Shown piece by piece: positions 62,448 to 64,000 of a stretch of 64,000 nt of DNA; the stretch's first letter is position 1, and each line of letters opens with the position of its first letter. Made by a program: the position numbers and the translations under genes. The stretch lies in contig JBNJEZ010000009.1 of NCBI GenBank assembly GCA_051746345.1, positions 4,451-68,450 of the forward strand, in the 5' to 3' direction. The notes beneath the pieces are model-generated. The model searched no databases. It saw only the letters and a program-made list of their open reading frames with translations, and had not been told where the DNA came from. This stretch comes from Pseudomonadota bacterium (GTDB lineage: Bacteria; Pseudomonadota; Gammaproteobacteria; Enterobacterales; Alteromonadaceae).

Positions 62448-62501
62448 TCGCACGTGGCCGCAGTAGCGGCCATTTGTCGTTGAGTTAACAGGAGAATCGT
62501 C

Positions 62502-63365
62502 ATGGCCAGCGGTAAAGAGATAAAAACTCAGATCTCGAGTATCGGTAATACTCAGAAGATCACCAGTGCTATGGAAATGGTCGCTGCGTCGAAAATGAAA
62601 AAGGCGCAGGAACGTATGGAGGCAAGTCGCCCCTATGCGGACACCATTCGCAAGGTGATTGGTCATGTGGCGCGCGGTAACCTTGAATATCGTCATCCAT
62701 TTATGGAAGAACGTCAGGTTAATCGTGTGGGTTACATCATTGTTTCTACCGACCGTGGTTTGTGTGGCGGCTTGAACGGTAATGAGTTCAAGAAAGTCGT
62801 TAAGCACGCTAACGAATGGAAAGAGCAGGATGTTGAAGCGGATTTTGCCGCAATAGGCAGCAAAGCAACCGGTTTCTTCAAGCGTTTTGGTAAGTTGAAA
62901 GCGCAATTTTCAGGGATGGGCGATAAGCCAGAACTGAAAGAAATTACCGGTTCGATCCAGGTTATGCTGGATGCTTTCGAAGAAGGCAAAATCGATCGCT
63001 TGTACGTTGTGTTCAACAAGTTTGTGAATACGATGACCCAGGAGCCGACCATTCATCAATTGTTGCCATTGCCGCAAACAGGATCGGACGAGAATGTCCA
63101 GACAGGTAGCTGGGATTATCTGTACGAGCCGAATCCTGAAAGTATTCTAGATACGCTGATTCGTCGCTTCGTAGAAATGGAAGTGTACCAGGGCGTGGTA
63201 GATAACTTTGCTAGCGAGCAAGCCGCTCGGATGATTGCAATGAAAGCTGCAACAGATAACGCCGAGGACATTATTGACCAACTGCAATTGCAGTATAACA
63301 AGGCGCGTCAGGCAGCAATTACGCAAGAAATTTCGGAAATCGTGTCCGGCGCCGAAGCGGTATAA
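62502..63365 (+). CDS. atpG: ATP synthase F1 gamma subunit
   Basis: [31 protein letters not shown]. Confidence 0.99.
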   Translation: MASGKEIKTQISSIGNTQKITSAMEMVAASKMKKAQERMEASRPYADTIRKVIGHVARGNLEYRHPFMEERQVNRVGYIIVSTDRGLCGGLNGNEFKKVVKHANEWKEQDVEADFAAIGSKATGFFKRFGKLKAQFSGMGDKPELKEITGSIQVMLDAFEEGKIDRLYVVFNKFVNTMTQEPTIHQLLPLPQTGSDENVQTGSWDYLYEPNPESILDTLIRRFVEMEVYQGVVDNFASEQAARMIAMKAATDNAEDIIDQLQLQYNKARQAAITQEISEIVSGAEAV

Positions 63366-63389
63366 CGCGGCAACGGTTAACAGAATTGA

Positions 63390-64000
<611 letters not shown>

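Overview
Origin-proximal core chromosome of a marine gammaproteobacterium. Gene order and protein style suggest Alteromonadales, most like Idiomarina (inference). The window contains oriC between mioC and mnmG, the gyrB-recF-dnaN-dnaA and rpmH-rnpA-yidD-yidC-mnmE blocks, mnmG-rsmG-parA-parB-atp, glyQS, fadBA, def-fmt-rsmB-trkA, dprA-smg-tsaC-hemF-aroE, polA, engB, yihI, purEK and some accessory genes. No rRNA, tRNA, CRISPR, IS or prophage is visible. The most interesting signal is non-coding. (1) A ~330-nt structured minus-strand RNA candidate lies upstream of yihI, at the E. coli csrC position; it has A-rich AAN loops, a few GGA motifs and an internal 42-codon ORF. (2) A ~90-nt sRNA candidate lies downstream of polA, at the Spot 42/ErsA position, with a near-consensus sigma-E promoter. 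The two RNAs share a perfect 13-nt complementarity that covers the Shine-Dalgarno of the small ORF, which suggests an sRNA/sponge (or sRNA/small-protein mRNA) pair. Also seen: a DnaA-box plus IHF element upstream of polA (datA/DARS-like), two parS palindromes inside recF, PsrA-type boxes at fadB and a sigma-28 promoter at aer.
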